Source of the DNA: Tubulanus polymorphus
Lineage: Eukaryota; Animalia; Nemertea
NCBI RefSeq assembly: GCF_964204645.1
Contig: NC_134028.1
Location: 16,685,653-16,749,652, forward strand
Reading direction: 5' to 3'
DNA: 64,000 nucleotides
Below the pieces are notes generated by a model. That model was not told the origin of the DNA. It saw nothing but the letters and a program-made list of their open reading frames with translations, and did no database searches. How positions within the stretch are numbered: the first letter of the stretch is position 1; each line of letters begins with the position of its first letter. A program made the translations under genes and the position numbers. Positions 24,081 to 36,368 of this stretch are shown here, one piece after another.

Positions 24081-25180
24081 CATGGGCAAAGTGTGGTTTA
24101 CCTTGAAAGTTAGAGGTTGTTTGGGGTAAGGGCATTGCTTGAAAAATCTTTTTTAATTCGTGACTTCAAAGTTCTTCAAGTTTAAATATTGTATTTTATC
24201 TTTCTTTATGGATTATTTTGTAGTCAAATAAGACCAAAGATATACATTTGTTTACGGTCCACATCCAAAATCTTATATTTTCAAAGAAATATTTTTCATT
24301 AATACGAAAAAATATTCAAATAAAATTCATATGATGTCACATATCAGAGGGTGGCTGAATGTATGGCCGTGGAAGCTAACATACTGGTGCAATAAGAAAT
24401 CAGCGTATTAGATCGTTTTAAATCCTGGAATTTACCACTAAAATATTCAGACCTCGACCTATACCTATAGTTTGCTGCTTAGTATTTTCAGGTCATAAGA
24501 AATTACAATTTATTACAAATTCTATCAAACAGAAAACACAGCGCTCTTCTGCTGATGAAATGTCAAACGCGCCAGCAAGCAGCATTACAGTATCACTATA
24601 GAAGTGTCTACTGTACGCGCGTGTGTTTGTGTGTGCAACTGTCTAATCTAATGATTTCCACGCGCACGTGGAGGCCTTGTGTAAGTGAATGTTCGCTTAC
24701 ACTTCAATGCAAATGAAATCAATCACCGGGTATTAAAATGAAACAATACCTGTGGCGGATAATAATTACATTCTCACCAGCAATGAGCATTTGAAATTCG
24801 CACGTTTACGGCACCTAGTCCAATGAAACGTTCGCCATTCTATGGCTTTCCCATAATTATTTTAGTAGCGCCGGAATTCCCCGTATATCCCAAAAAAGCC
24901 AATCACATTTGCTCGTAGAGACAACGCCACCCCATCGAGGTCATTGCGATATGTTATACGTGAGAGCTTAGAATTTTCCCGCCAAAAACAGTTTTTCGTA
25001 GAATTTTAACTGAGTTGACCATGTCATCGACGGAGGTTCGCCATGTCTTCAATCGCATCGTTTATACATCGTTTATGCCGAGAACCAATGAAAAAAATGC
25101 TCACATTAAAAAACGTACCACGATTTTACATGAATTGGCTCAATGTCAACTTCATATCGCTCATTAAGGTAAACCAAAAA
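24081..25180. repeat. interspersed repeat; a second, interrupted copy lies at 30502-30778 + 33444-34326
   Basis: Long colinear similarity between the copies. This copy has the empty TAA site (24321-24323) for the insertion seen in the other. Confidence 0.85.
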
Positions 25181-25722
25181 CACAAACATCCACTACCAGG
25201 TTTTAGACTTTTTGGCTGATTTGATGTTTCATAGATTTTCTGGAACATATAATTTTGTCTTTGCCGGAATTGGGATGGTCAGCAGACACGCATATTTAAA
25301 GTTTCCGGTAAGTTTGTGATGCAAATCCAAACGCACCAGGTTTTTTGTTGACAAGTTCATGAGTTTAAGCAAAAAAAAATAAAAAATACATGTGTCCTTT
25401 GACCAGTCACACACAGTGTTAACGGCAACCATCAACCCATATATCACTGAGAAATCTCAATCCATTTGAGCTAGGGTCAGGAATTGTTAAATACAAAATG
25501 GCTTCTAATGACCGTGAGTAATTTCCATTACTACTGCCATCGATTAGAGAACATTCATGGTCCTCACAAATGATTGGAGAACCTGCATTGAAACTGTCTG
25601 CTCTCGCACAATCGCCATTGAACCCATGACATAGGTCAATAACCATGCAGTACATTGGGTACAAGCTTCACATCAATGATTCAACACGAGTGTTTTAAAG
25701 CTGTTCACAGACTGAACCTTAA

Positions 25723-26014
25723 CCCTTTCAGTGCGTTTACACCGCAATACGGTGTAAAATCAGTGATAGATTTTGCTAGTACACCGCAATGCGGTGTAGT
25801 AATTAGTAATTATCTCTCTTGAAAAATGACAGCACCTGTCAAACATAGTGAAATAATAGTAACTAAAGATACACCTGGCTGCAGTGTAGATGCATTATAG
25901 TGGTGATGCATTAATAGTGGTATTCCCGTTATTCAACACACTAGGGTGAAATTTTTTGAAATTTTCAAATTATCTCCATCACTATAGGGTATTAATTAGT
26001 CAGCATTGAAAGGG
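25723..26014. mobile_element. piggyBac-like MITE
   Basis: TTAA|CCCTTTCAGTGC ... GCATTGAAAGGG|TTAA. Confidence 0.85.
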
Positions 26015-27713
26015 TTAAGGCCGACTGCTAGCTGTACCCTGAGGGCCTAAAGCTAGTCTAACGATCGACCAAGTGGAACAGGAAAACAATGTTTACCAGC
26101 GGAAAAACGAAAGTTACACAAGAATAATTTTGGACTTAATTAATTTTGATCCTGTGAGACAATGACAACACCTAAAACTTTAGCATAAACTATTCGGGAC
26201 ATACAAAATCAGAAGCTGCTATATAAGTTTTTCAAATTTAAAGGCCGACTTCAAGTATAAAAGGCCCATCATCTGTCAGACATGGCAGTATCTCTGAACC
26301 CATGGAGCAGTCAAGAGCTCCAGAGTTGAAACTGGAATTTCCCTAATATCTCTGTCAGTTAACCAATTTGGACCCTCCTTTTTGTCAGGGATATGTGTAA
26401 ACATGTAATATAGTCATATCTATGGCTTAAAATTTAGTTTAAGCCCTCCTTCATGCATAGATTAGCAATTTACTTAGTACATTCTTCAAATTTTCAAATC
26501 TTTGAATGACAAGCTGGGAGGAGTTATTCACCTCACCACAGAGAGCACAGTGACCTGTAGTCATAAACCTATATAAACAAAACAGTTGCAGCTCTCTAGT
26601 GCGTAATTTTGGGGGTTAAAAAACTTTTGACCTGAAAGTTATATCAAACTGAAAATTTATATATCATCTTAACTCCTCATCAGTAACAATGTGTGAAAAT
26701 TTCATCAAAATCGGACAAAAATTGAATAAATTGTAAATACAGATTTTATGTTCAACTCCATTATTACTGGAGGAATTCTTATCAAAAAACATCTACAAAA
26801 TCAGCGAATTCTAATTAAGAAGATTACTATGACCAAAATGATATCAAACATATACGAAAAAAGTTTTTTTTTATGTGTCACTGTGATACTGTGTGATACT
26901 GGTGTGAGCCAGATGTGTTCCAGTAAACACTATAAACAAACTACCGCTTGCTAGTTGCTAGTGGGATGTGGCCTGCACTGCAAATCTCAAGTACCAACCG
27001 GTGGGTTTTTGGACCTCCATTTGAGTCGGCCTTTAAGGGCAGTACATATTAAACCAGGCCAGCCGGTTACTGTTGAAATCAAGCTCATCAACTGAATGTG
27101 ACTTTCAATAGTTTCATTCATGATAGGATATCTATGTGCATCATAATAGGATGCATGTCTGTGTGCATGCGGTAAAAACACTAATCTGCTCCGTGGGAAG
27201 CGTTATCTATTACTACACGTGATTGATACATAAATGGTTAACGGTTAAGGCGTTATTTCTGACAATGCTTCGACTAGTGTCTTGCAATAAGTATAACAAG
27301 AAACGAAATTCTTAGTATGGACTTTCCTAAATTTACATGAGTGTATGTTTAATCAGCATCACAATTAAACATTGGTACTCTTTAGATCGAAAATAAGGAC
27401 GGAAAATATCAAGAAAAAAATGTAATTTCTCAAATTATGAATGGAAACGCATACCTATTTTCGGCATGATGATGTACCCCCTTGAATCGAAAAGTTTTCA
27501 TAAAAATCTGTCTATTGATGCGATCTCCATCACACACAACTCCATGATGATTCATCAAGAATATACATGGTAGTGGGTTTTCCCCACTGACTCAAATAGA
27601 CACTCCACGCTCACAGTGTGACGATATCATTTATTTCTTACACTATGTACGAAAAATGAAGAAATCCCTCACTTCGAATTTAAAATTATACGATCAAATT
27701 TATTATAATGAAA

Positions 27714-27755
27714 CCAGAACGTTTCGGCTGTTGACTAACAGCCATCATCAGGTGG
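27714..27755 (-). ncRNA. minimal type I hammerhead ribozyme motif (Penelope-type)
   Basis: Minus strand reads CCAC-CTGATGA-T-GGCTGTT-AGTC-AACAGCC-GAAA-CGTTC-TGG: core boxes, perfect 7-bp stem II, palindromic AACGTT stem III. Confidence 0.65.
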
Positions 27756-27756
27756 A

Positions 27757-28150
27757 ATGACCAGAAAAACAAGTCTCGCTTAGTTCTTCTCGACTTAAGT
27801 GCTGATTTCTACACTGTTGACCACTTCAAATTATTACCCAGATTGGAAAAGATGGGTATTACTGATGTCGCTCTAAGACGGCTTTCATCTTATTTATGTG
27901 ACAGGTATCAGAAAGTGTGCTTAAATGGTTCTTTTTCCGAGCCAGTAAAGCTAAATTATGGTGTACCACAGGGCTCCGTTTTAGCTCCTTTGCTTTTCTG
28001 TGCTTATATTGCTCCAGTTGGTAACATTTTTTAAGCATCTTACAACTGATTATCATCTATATGCAGATGATAGTCAGTAGTACATTCCTTTTAACTGAAA
28101 AAAAGCTCTCTTAAGAAAATGTATGTATATATGAGAGATATCGAAAAAAT
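27757..28150 (+). mobile_element. LINE (L2/CR1-type) reverse transcriptase fragment
   Basis: LVLLDLSA..TVDH..LL..L...GVPQGSVLAPLLF..Y...YHLYADDSQ, with stops. Confidence 0.8.
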
Positions 28151-28575
28151 TATGTCAAGCAGTGATACAAAATACAGAACCCTAATACCATCGTCAAGCG
28201 ACTCTCAGCAATTTTTGATTGATGATAGTCCCACAATCTAAGCATAATATCATGCAATTCGTTGGTTGATAGGAGGGTCTTTTTTAATGGACATACGGGT
28301 GGTGTATAATTTAAATCAATATAGTAACTACAAAGATCGAACAAGGACAAGGGGCCTAAAAGCGGCTGGGGCAGAATTTACTGTTAGTTTTTTTAACGAT
28401 AGGTTGTGTATCACGGACAGGTCAGACGGGGTAGAGAGGTGAGGGGTTGGTTCCAAGAACTCTAAACATTTGAAGCAATTAGATTCATTTCCCGGCCAAT
28501 TACAATGACTGATTTTTGTTAGCAAAAATATCAGGGTATGTGCCGAGCTAGTATATATATCTTCTCCGAGCCTAC

Positions 28576-28813
28576 CTTTAGTATCATAGAAGCAATCAGA
28601 CCCAAGTATGATATCAACTGCGCCAATGTTAAGTATATCTGGATGAAATATTCCCCAAGTAATAGACAGCACAGGAATATCCAATATATTGTTCAGTTCA
28701 CAGCTATCTTGAGCATTTTTCCGCGCATATGAAAATGCTTTACCATCTGACAACTTAAGTAAACCACCACACCTCAATGCAACTATACCAGGAAGACTAC
28801 TTCCACATCCAAG
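28576..28813 (-). CDS. METTL23: METTL23-like methyltransferase, coding exon 3
   Basis: ttttag| ... |gtagg; 238 nt; LGCGSSLPGIVA (SAM motif I) ... ITWG ... DIILGSDCFYD. Confidence 0.9.
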
Positions 28814-28894
28814 CTAAAATGAAAAATCATTTTATAATCAAGCATGCATGTTTCATCAATTGACTGAAAGTGATTAAATTACATTTTATCTCAC

Positions 28895-28999
28895 CTCGAC
28901 AATGCTTTTGTTATGTACTTTTTGTCTGTTAAACCAGAGGAATTGCCCTAAAAGTGGTGCAGATGGCCAAACGTAAGAGCCGTACTGTTGATCGGTCAA
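28895..28999 (-). CDS. METTL23: METTL23-like methyltransferase, coding exon 2
   Basis: ttccag| ... |gtgaga; 105 nt, phase 0/0; QYGSYVWPSAPLLGQFLW...KSIVE (Methyltransf_16 W-motif). Confidence 0.9.
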
Positions 29000-31984
29000 C
29001 TGGAAATAAAAATTTAGTAACCGTATTTTCCGGCGATTAAGCTGACTCAGCCAATAAACGGAGAGCAGTTTTTTAGCCTAAAATACATGGATTTCTTAAT
29101 GCATCGCCCAATAAGCAGAGGCCGTTCATCAGGTTTTAATCCACTGATTTGTCAATTAGTTTGTCTTAATTGACGGTGTATGAGGCTGACAATGCAGCCT
29201 GCCGATGGGCGAGAGTGGTGTGTATACTATCATTGCCGAGTCACTGCTATATATAGACTCATTCAGGTGATTTCTAACACACAGTGCCATTTATTGTAAC
29301 CTGCATTGGCAAACAGGTGGCTGACTGCTGGCGCGCATATATACTAATGTATTAGCGCTGCAGTCAGGCATTTAGCCAGGAGGGCGTCATTTGGACGCCC
29401 TCAACCGGATGTTTTCAGGGAAAATATCAGATCAAGGAATTTGCAACACAGCTGATCTGACTATGTTATTTGAGACTTAAATTTCAATGTAAAAACGAAA
29501 TAAATATCAATCAGTTCCCGCCGTCGTTGTTTTTCTTTTCTGTGTGCATCCATGTTTGTTTATTTGAGCCTCCGCATTCAGGAGAGTGGATCGATTTTTA
29601 TGTACGACACCACTGGTTCATTGAACGTCTATTCACTTCAACATGATCAGTGCATAAAGCTCACATTGTTCGACACGTGTGGCTGGCATGAATAAGATAA
29701 CAGATTATTTTAAGGGCTCTCGGGCAGGGCAGCCCAGCGGAGTAGTTAGCCATCAACCTACAGAACCTGTGATTTTGGAGGATGATGGGCCTGAATCCGA
29801 GGTGGAGGATCCAGATCCCCCGGTCCCTGAAAACATAGTGGGAAATCACTGGCTATTTATACTCTAGTGCAGCGCGCACTCATGGGGTGTATATTCTGAG
29901 TGATATGCAGCGGTGTAGTGTGTGTTTATACAATTATTGAAACTCGCCCCCGCCACACATGAATAGATTAATCTTTATCATTTTCCGATTAAAAACTATC
30001 GAGAAACACCTCAAATCGGACCAGCACAAATTGTCCATTCCAAGGGCTGACAATTTGCAGGCGGATTTGGCAGTCATCCAAAGCATGGAATGAAAAAAGA
30101 GTGCAGGCATTCTCGGTGGCTCTGAAAAAGTGCCTACTGGGTTATCAGGGATAAAATAGCGAATCGTAAATATGCTTCCCTGGTTAAATTTCTGCAGGAT
30201 TTACAGATGCCAGCTGCTTTATATTTGAACAGTAGCTGCAGAGCTAACTACATAAGTCCCGATATCTTTAACCAATTAACCCTTTCAGTGCTATGGATGT
30301 GCTATGCACGCTTCTATGGCGTCACTTTGTGCGCGGCTGATGTGCAGAGCACACGTATTAGCTATTCTTTTCAAAATGACTGCAGCACAATGCCGATTGT
30401 ATTATTTTGAATTGCAAGCAATTTCCAAAAAAAATCTTTCAAAAATTGTTTTGCAAATCATCAAAATCTTGTAGATTGCTCATGGGTGTAAATAAATTGC
30501 CCATGGGCAAAGTGTGGTTTACCTTGAAAGCTAGAGGTTGTTTGGAGTAAGGGCATTGCTTGATAAATCTTTTTTAATTCGTGACTTCAAAGTTCCACAT
30601 GTTTATATTGTATTTTATCTTTCTTAAAGAATTATTTTGTAGTCAAATAAGACCAAAGATATACATTTGGTTACGGTCCACGTCCAAAAAATTGTAGGGT
30701 ACAGGTAGGCGTGGCAGGGAAATCATTTTATATTTTCAAAAAAATATGTTTCACAAAATGAAAAAAATATTCAAATAAGGCCATCCCAAAATAATTGTCT
30801 GTTTGCCGTAACACCGACTCAACTTTTCAGGACTAGTCGGTAGGAAGAGAAAAAATTTTTTTGCTAAATTTTTGGGCCAAAAAACAAATTTATCACCTTT
30901 TTACATGGAAACAATATCGCAAAAATCATCTACGTTGTGCACAGGAAATTTGTCTTATAGCGTAGATTTCGAGAATTATTCTAAAATTATAACTTCGTCC
31001 AGAGCGTCATCTGTGTTAAAAATGAAACAGTACATTGAATATGTGCGCAGTTTTACGTTAACAGCTTTGCAGCTTATTGGAAAACTTAAATTAGGCCACA
31101 TTGACAATGCATGTTTTCACACGATGCACACTTGAATTCAAACATATATAATACGTAGCTCATACGTAGGCAGTGGGTCGGTCAGCCGTTTATATCAAAG
31201 ATAAAATTTATTTCAATGAATCCCAGAAAAAAGTTTTCACTCGGTACCTTTGAAGTCGGGTCGGTCGGGGTTATGGCAAACCAGGGAAGTGTGATGAGAT
31301 GGAATACGGACGCTTTTAATTGCCGGATGTAGGCTATTCAATTCAGCCCATACATCAAAGGTTACCGCAACAGCAGTAAGCTACGCTTATCGAGTGTGTG
31401 TTACCAGCTGAACACTAGTCAACATCAACTTTGATTCAGTCGCAGAACAACCCGCAATAGTTTTAGCCCGATAAATGTTCTGCGATCGATACTACGCATG
31501 CGCACTGCAGTTCATTGAACAACGTGGAAGTGGCTGTGTATACACATATTTTTCTTTAGAAAATGGTTGAAATTCAACAATTTCTCGTAAAATTTGTCCA
31601 AAAAGGTATGTATTTTTATTCTTCTATATCTCCGAAACCCGGTATCGGAACATTAAGTATTTATATTGTGATTAAAGTCTGCTTTTATGTGTTAAACATA
31701 TGTTTTTGCCAGTTCGTTCCGATTCCGGGTTTAGCGTTATTTGGGCCTTGAAGATGTCAAATATTTCGGCCCAGACTCGCGCAGCTTTCGTTTCTGACGT
31801 CATGTTGCTATGTTATGACACAAACATATACACGAAGTATGATCTTTAAAATGTGTATTTACTACATAATAATGTTACTTAATAACGCTTACATTAGGCC
31901 TACAAATTATTGTCCCCCATATAAACCAAGTTGCCTAAATAGCATCAGCAATCTCATTTAATTAACCTTTTCTTGTTTTTAGTC

Positions 31985-32191
31985 ATGGATCTTTGTCGAT
32001 TGTGTGGAAAAAATGCGAAACCTCCGGATCGTCGTCCTATCGATAAAAATAATTTCAAAAGCCATGTGAAGGAGTTGTTCAACATTGATTTTGATGATGA
32101 TACTGAACAGTACCCGATATATATCTGTAATATGTGTTGTGTCAAATTACAAAAATGGCGTAAGAACAAAAACGTTAAATATTTTTGTTAA
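31985..32191 (+). pseudogene. truncated ORF with a RAG1-N-terminal/ZAD-like CxxC...CxxC zinc domain
   Basis: MDLCRLCGK...VKELFNIDFDDDTEQYPIYICNMCCVKLQKW; a splice acceptor lies just before the ATG. Confidence 0.6.
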
Positions 32192-32797
32192 GAATTTTTG
32201 TAAACCACTGTTAATTCCAAGTCTGGACGGCGACGTATTTGTAGTCAAAATTTTATCGATCGATTTTCCATAATGTACTGCTGCCATTCCATTTGAACTG
32301 AATTTAAATACTCGATGGTTAATCACTTCAGTCATAGCCTTTTCCAAATATATAGTGTTCCTGCGAAAATAATAATAATGATTATTATTTTAACATGTAC
32401 TTATCTGGATTTTTTATATCATGTTTATATATTTATTTCTGTATTCGTTTATTATTTTATAACCTAAAAGGATTGTATTGATTATAAAAATAAATGTAAA
32501 AAATACCTGTATGTGTGTTTTCTCGTGTTCAGATCGCAGTCTCTGGTCAGCTGAGCCTGAGAAGTACCTATATGAAAAAGAAAAGGAAAGAATAAAGTGC
32601 CTGCAATTAGGTGGAAACTATTCCGATATTTCATTGATTCAAAAGGAATAACACTCACTAGAATCGGCCGAATTAGTTGATCCTGATCCAGAGGATTCCC
32701 GTAATATTTCCGTATCGATCTGAACCAATTCGTCACTATCAAAGAATAGATCGTCAAAATCGTCATCAATTATAATTTCGTTGACAACCGTTGCCAT
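32147..32797 (-). CDS. three-exon hypothetical gene inside the 7-bp-TSD element (probably 3'-truncated)
   Basis: Exons 32797-32659, 32567-32507 and 32360-32147 have canonical GT-AG sites and compatible phases, giving about 137 aa (MATVVNEIIIDDDFDDLFFDSDE...). Confidence 0.55.
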
Positions 32798-32908
32798 TTT
32801 AATACAGCGGAAAGAACCGATATCACGATTGATAAAACACTATATCCGTCTGAAGCGATGTAGAGAGAATCCCACAATGATAACGAAAAAGTCCAAAAAT
32901 GTTAGTAG

Positions 32909-32955
32909 TTTATTCAACGTTTCGTCTATGTCCTAATAGTCATCTTCAGAAATAA
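32909..32955 (-). ncRNA. minimal hammerhead ribozyme-like motif (Penelope-type fragment)
   Basis: Minus strand reads TTATTT-CTGAAGA-T-GACTAT-TAGGAC-ATAGAC-GAAA-CGTTG-AATAA. Stem II has one mismatch and the cleavage triplet is non-canonical. Confidence 0.45.
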
Positions 32956-34539
32956 TGAATACTACAGAAATTATGAGAGATATATACAATCCAGAGACAA
33001 AGAGACTAATTCAAGTAATCAGAGATGATACTAACTAAAGGAAAATTAACGTAGAAACAGTTACACGCTAAAACAGATTAAAGAGAAGCAGTTAAGAGAC
33101 AAACTAGGGGGCACTTAAATTTAAGACAATTGTGAATACAAGTTGATCGACTAAAATGGATGAGGGGAAATCAGGTGTTGAGTTTAACCAGTATACAGAG
33201 GAATTTTTATATAAGTTTATTATGGGATGAAAAACCGATATTCGGAAACAACTGAATTATTACGGAGATTCCCGATCTCGCTGGTTATCGCTTATTGGCG
33301 CGTTACGTAACAAAGCGCTCGCCGATGAACCGTTATCGGCTTTAGGGCAATTACAACGCACATTGACAAGAGCTGCACAATAGCGTCCGTATTCCATCTC
33401 ATCACACTTCCCTGGGCAAACAGACCATTATTATGGGATGGCCTAAAATTCATATGATGTCACATATCAGAGGGTGGCTGAATATTGGGTTATGGAAACC
33501 TCTTCCAATGTTGGCTGCGGAAGTTAAAATACCAGTACAGAAGAAATCGGTTATTAGATCGTTTTAAATCCTTGAATTTACGACTACAATATTCAGAGCT
33601 CGACCTATACTTTTAGTTTGCTGCTTAATATATGTCACAAGAAATTACAATTTATTACAAATTCTATCAAACAGAAAACACAGCGCTCATCTTCTGCTAC
33701 GATTATTCAGCCTATTTTCATGTCAAACGCGCACGCGTTACAGCATCAGCTTGAGAAGTGTACTGTACGAGCTTGTGTGTGTGTCGTGTAGCACTCTGCG
33801 CGCACAAGTGGAGGCCTCGGGTAAGTGAGTGTTCGCTTACACTTCAATGTCAATCAAACCAATCACCGGGGATTAAAATGAAACAATACCTATGGGGGAT
33901 GTGTGAAATAATTACATTCTCACCAGCAATGAGCATTTAAAATTTGCACGTATACGGCACCTAGTCCAATGAAACGTACGCCATTCTATGGCTTTCCCAT
34001 AATTATTTTAGTAGCGCCAGAATTCCCAGTATATCACAAAAACAGCCAATCCCATTCGCTTGTAGAGACGACGCCCCCCAATCGAGGTCATCGCAATTTT
34101 ATATGCGAGAGCTAAGAATTTTCCCGCCAAAAACCGTTTTTTGCAGAATTTTAACTCAGTTGACCATGTACATCGACGGAGGTTCACCATGTCTTCAATC
34201 GCATCGATTATATGTCGTTTAAGTCGAGAACCAATGAAACAAATGCTCACATAAAAAAACGTACCGTGATTTTGCATGAATTGGCTCAATGCCAACCTCA
34301 TATCGCTGACAAAGGTAAACCAAAAATGGAAATAATAACCAAAAATTGGAAATTCTTTTTCTTATTCTGGCATCCGTTCCATTATATCACCCTACATACC
34401 GTACGGTGCTGCCATCTCTCCATAATCATTTTATTGGTTTTTATTTCCGATTTTTTGTGATTATTTTCGGAAAATGGTGGTTTTTAGTATGGTCAGCCAT
34501 ATGTATGAAAATGTGTTTCTAATGCTCAATAATCTAACA

Positions 34540-35210
34540 ATTTCAATGTTCAACGCCCCCTGGTGACCTCATACAAAAACCAACCACAATCATAGAACAC
34601 GTTATAAGCTACAACTTTCTAATTCATTGTTGTAACAAAAAATGCTTAGGCATCAATATAATGTTGAAACACTTTTCCCCACCTACGAATGAGTACTAAT
34701 GACACCAAGATGGCCACCAATTGCGTCATAATTGGCTGATCAAAGATACCTGTCTCAGGTATAAAACATTTCTTTCCAAAGAATACCCATCTGCAAATGC
34801 AATGAGAAGTGGCAAACCAGTAGGAAGCTACAGGACTCAGAATTCAGGCCAAAATTAACATTTTTGGGCACTTAAAAGGGCCTAGGACGACCATCTTGAG
34901 TCTGATCCATCCAATTTTTGTTATGCTGATGGGTCCTGGGGGAATTCAAATGTATTCGAAGAATCAAGGTAATTGATCAAGGAGTCTTCAAAATTTCCCT
35001 CAAAAGGTTCAAAAACGTGTAAAAAGTGCTGATTTTGGCAAACAACAATGGCTGCCAGTAGGCCATCTTGATTCTGACAGGGCCAGTTTTTGGGCTGAAG
35101 ATGTGTCTAGGGTAGATACATGTATAAGCTAAATATGATGGCATTACCTTGAAGCGCCTTCAAAACTTCTTCACGTCTTCAAATAACTGGATTCCTTCTA
35201 CGGACGGATG
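34540..35210 (+). mobile_element. partial copy of Helentron-like family A
   Basis: Colinear with about 43660-44330. Confidence 0.7.
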
Positions 35211-35538
35211 AAAGTTTCTAACAAAAGTTATCGACTCCCCAAGCAAGTTATCAATCCGTGTGATAGCAATATGGGCTTGCAAGCATGCAAGCCCATGAGA
35301 AGGATAATTCAATTCACTGTATTATTATCATATAATTCGCTGTTTCAGATATTTGAACCAAGGAACCAGACATTACACGGGACTTAAACAGATGGGGAAC
35401 TATAGAAATTGAAAATCTCCTTGGTCATTACGGGATAGCAAAACTTGATGAAAACGGAATTATGGTCCCTGCCATCGTTGACCCTGAGGCATGCAAGGGG
35501 GAGTTCATCACTTTCAAACGTTTGATCCACTAGGTTTT

Positions 35539-36368
35539 GGGCACTATGGCCAGCCTGTCAGCTTTTCATAAAATGGCAAATGATGATGCATTCTGTGGGT
35601 TAAATTTGTCAAAATACACTCCCAGCTCAGAGTCAATACCTAATAATTTACACAATACAATCGTAGAATACTAAAGTAGCACAGACAGCGACTAGATCTG
35701 GCAGGAACAAATACCTCAGATAAATCTTTTCCCTTTGTCTTATTGATTTTAATGCGGAATAGAATTGAATTTTCTGAAATTTGCTCAATAAAACAAAATT
35801 GAATTGGATTTGATGGTTTTTTTGCGGAATAAAATTTGATTGAATTTGTAGTTCGAGCACATAGCTAATTAGCATATCAAGGTCATCTATCCGATTTAAG
35901 AAAAAGCTATTTTTTTCCGGATTTTGCACAATGGTCAATGATATTTTCTGTAGTGCTGATAAAAAAATTCCTCCCAAAAACCAAATCAACTAAAGCTTTC
36001 ACAGAAATCGATCTTGAAATACAATTTTAGATCTGAAAATAAAACCCTGAAGTAAAACGGTAGACGATACCGCAGGGTCACATGAACACCTGCTGATTTC
36101 TGCGGCTAAGCCAATCATAGAGGAGTCTTTGCTTTCTGATTGGCTTTTCAAAACCAATATTTTTGCGATCAGATATTCGCGAAATAGCTCATATAAATTT
36201 TAACGAGGCACTCTTTCAAAATTCAGCTAGGTAGAGTTTGGTGATTGGATAATGCTCTAATGAATGATTTGTATGAATATATGCTCAGTTGCACAGTAAA
36301 AGAGCCTTTACTCTGGAAACCATGTCATTCAAATTCGCTCCATTTGTATAGTAATAGGCTCAGCCTAC
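35539..36368 (+). mobile_element. second copy of Helentron-like family C
   Basis: Colinear with 21571-22397. Confidence 0.75.

Larger units (their letters stand above)
31282..33414. mobile_element. DNA transposon derivative with perfect 33-bp TIRs and a 7-bp TSD (P-like?)
   Basis: TIR CAGGGAAGTGTGATGAGATGGAATACGGACGCT at both ends; TSD GGCAAAC at 31275-31281 and 33415-33421. Confidence 0.9.
30779..33443. mobile_element. PIF/Harbinger-like MITE with TAA TSD
   Basis: TAA|GGCCATCCCAAAATAATTGTCTGTTTGCC ... GGCAAACAGACCATTATTATGGGATGGCC|TAA. The empty site is visible in the paralogous repeat. Confidence 0.88.
30280..34326. mobile_element. piggyBac-like element (left end only) inserted in the hAT ORF
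   Basis: TTAA|CCCTTTCAGTGC at 30276-30291, the same TIR as the MITE at 25723. Right TIR not found; the end coordinate is the limit of similarity to 24081-25180. Confidence 0.5.

Noticed and set aside
25229-25664. Short minus-strand ORFs in METTL23 intron 3
   Set aside because: No recognisable motif or splice support.
28328-28777. 149-aa ORF as a complete gene
   Set aside because: Only 28576-28813 is exon; the rest is intron read-through past the GT donor.
31282-33414. Calling the element a ProtoRAG/Transib
   Set aside because: The termini are CAGGG rather than RSS-like CAC, the TSD is 7 bp rather than 5 bp, and no RAG1 core or RAG2 kelch sequence is visible.
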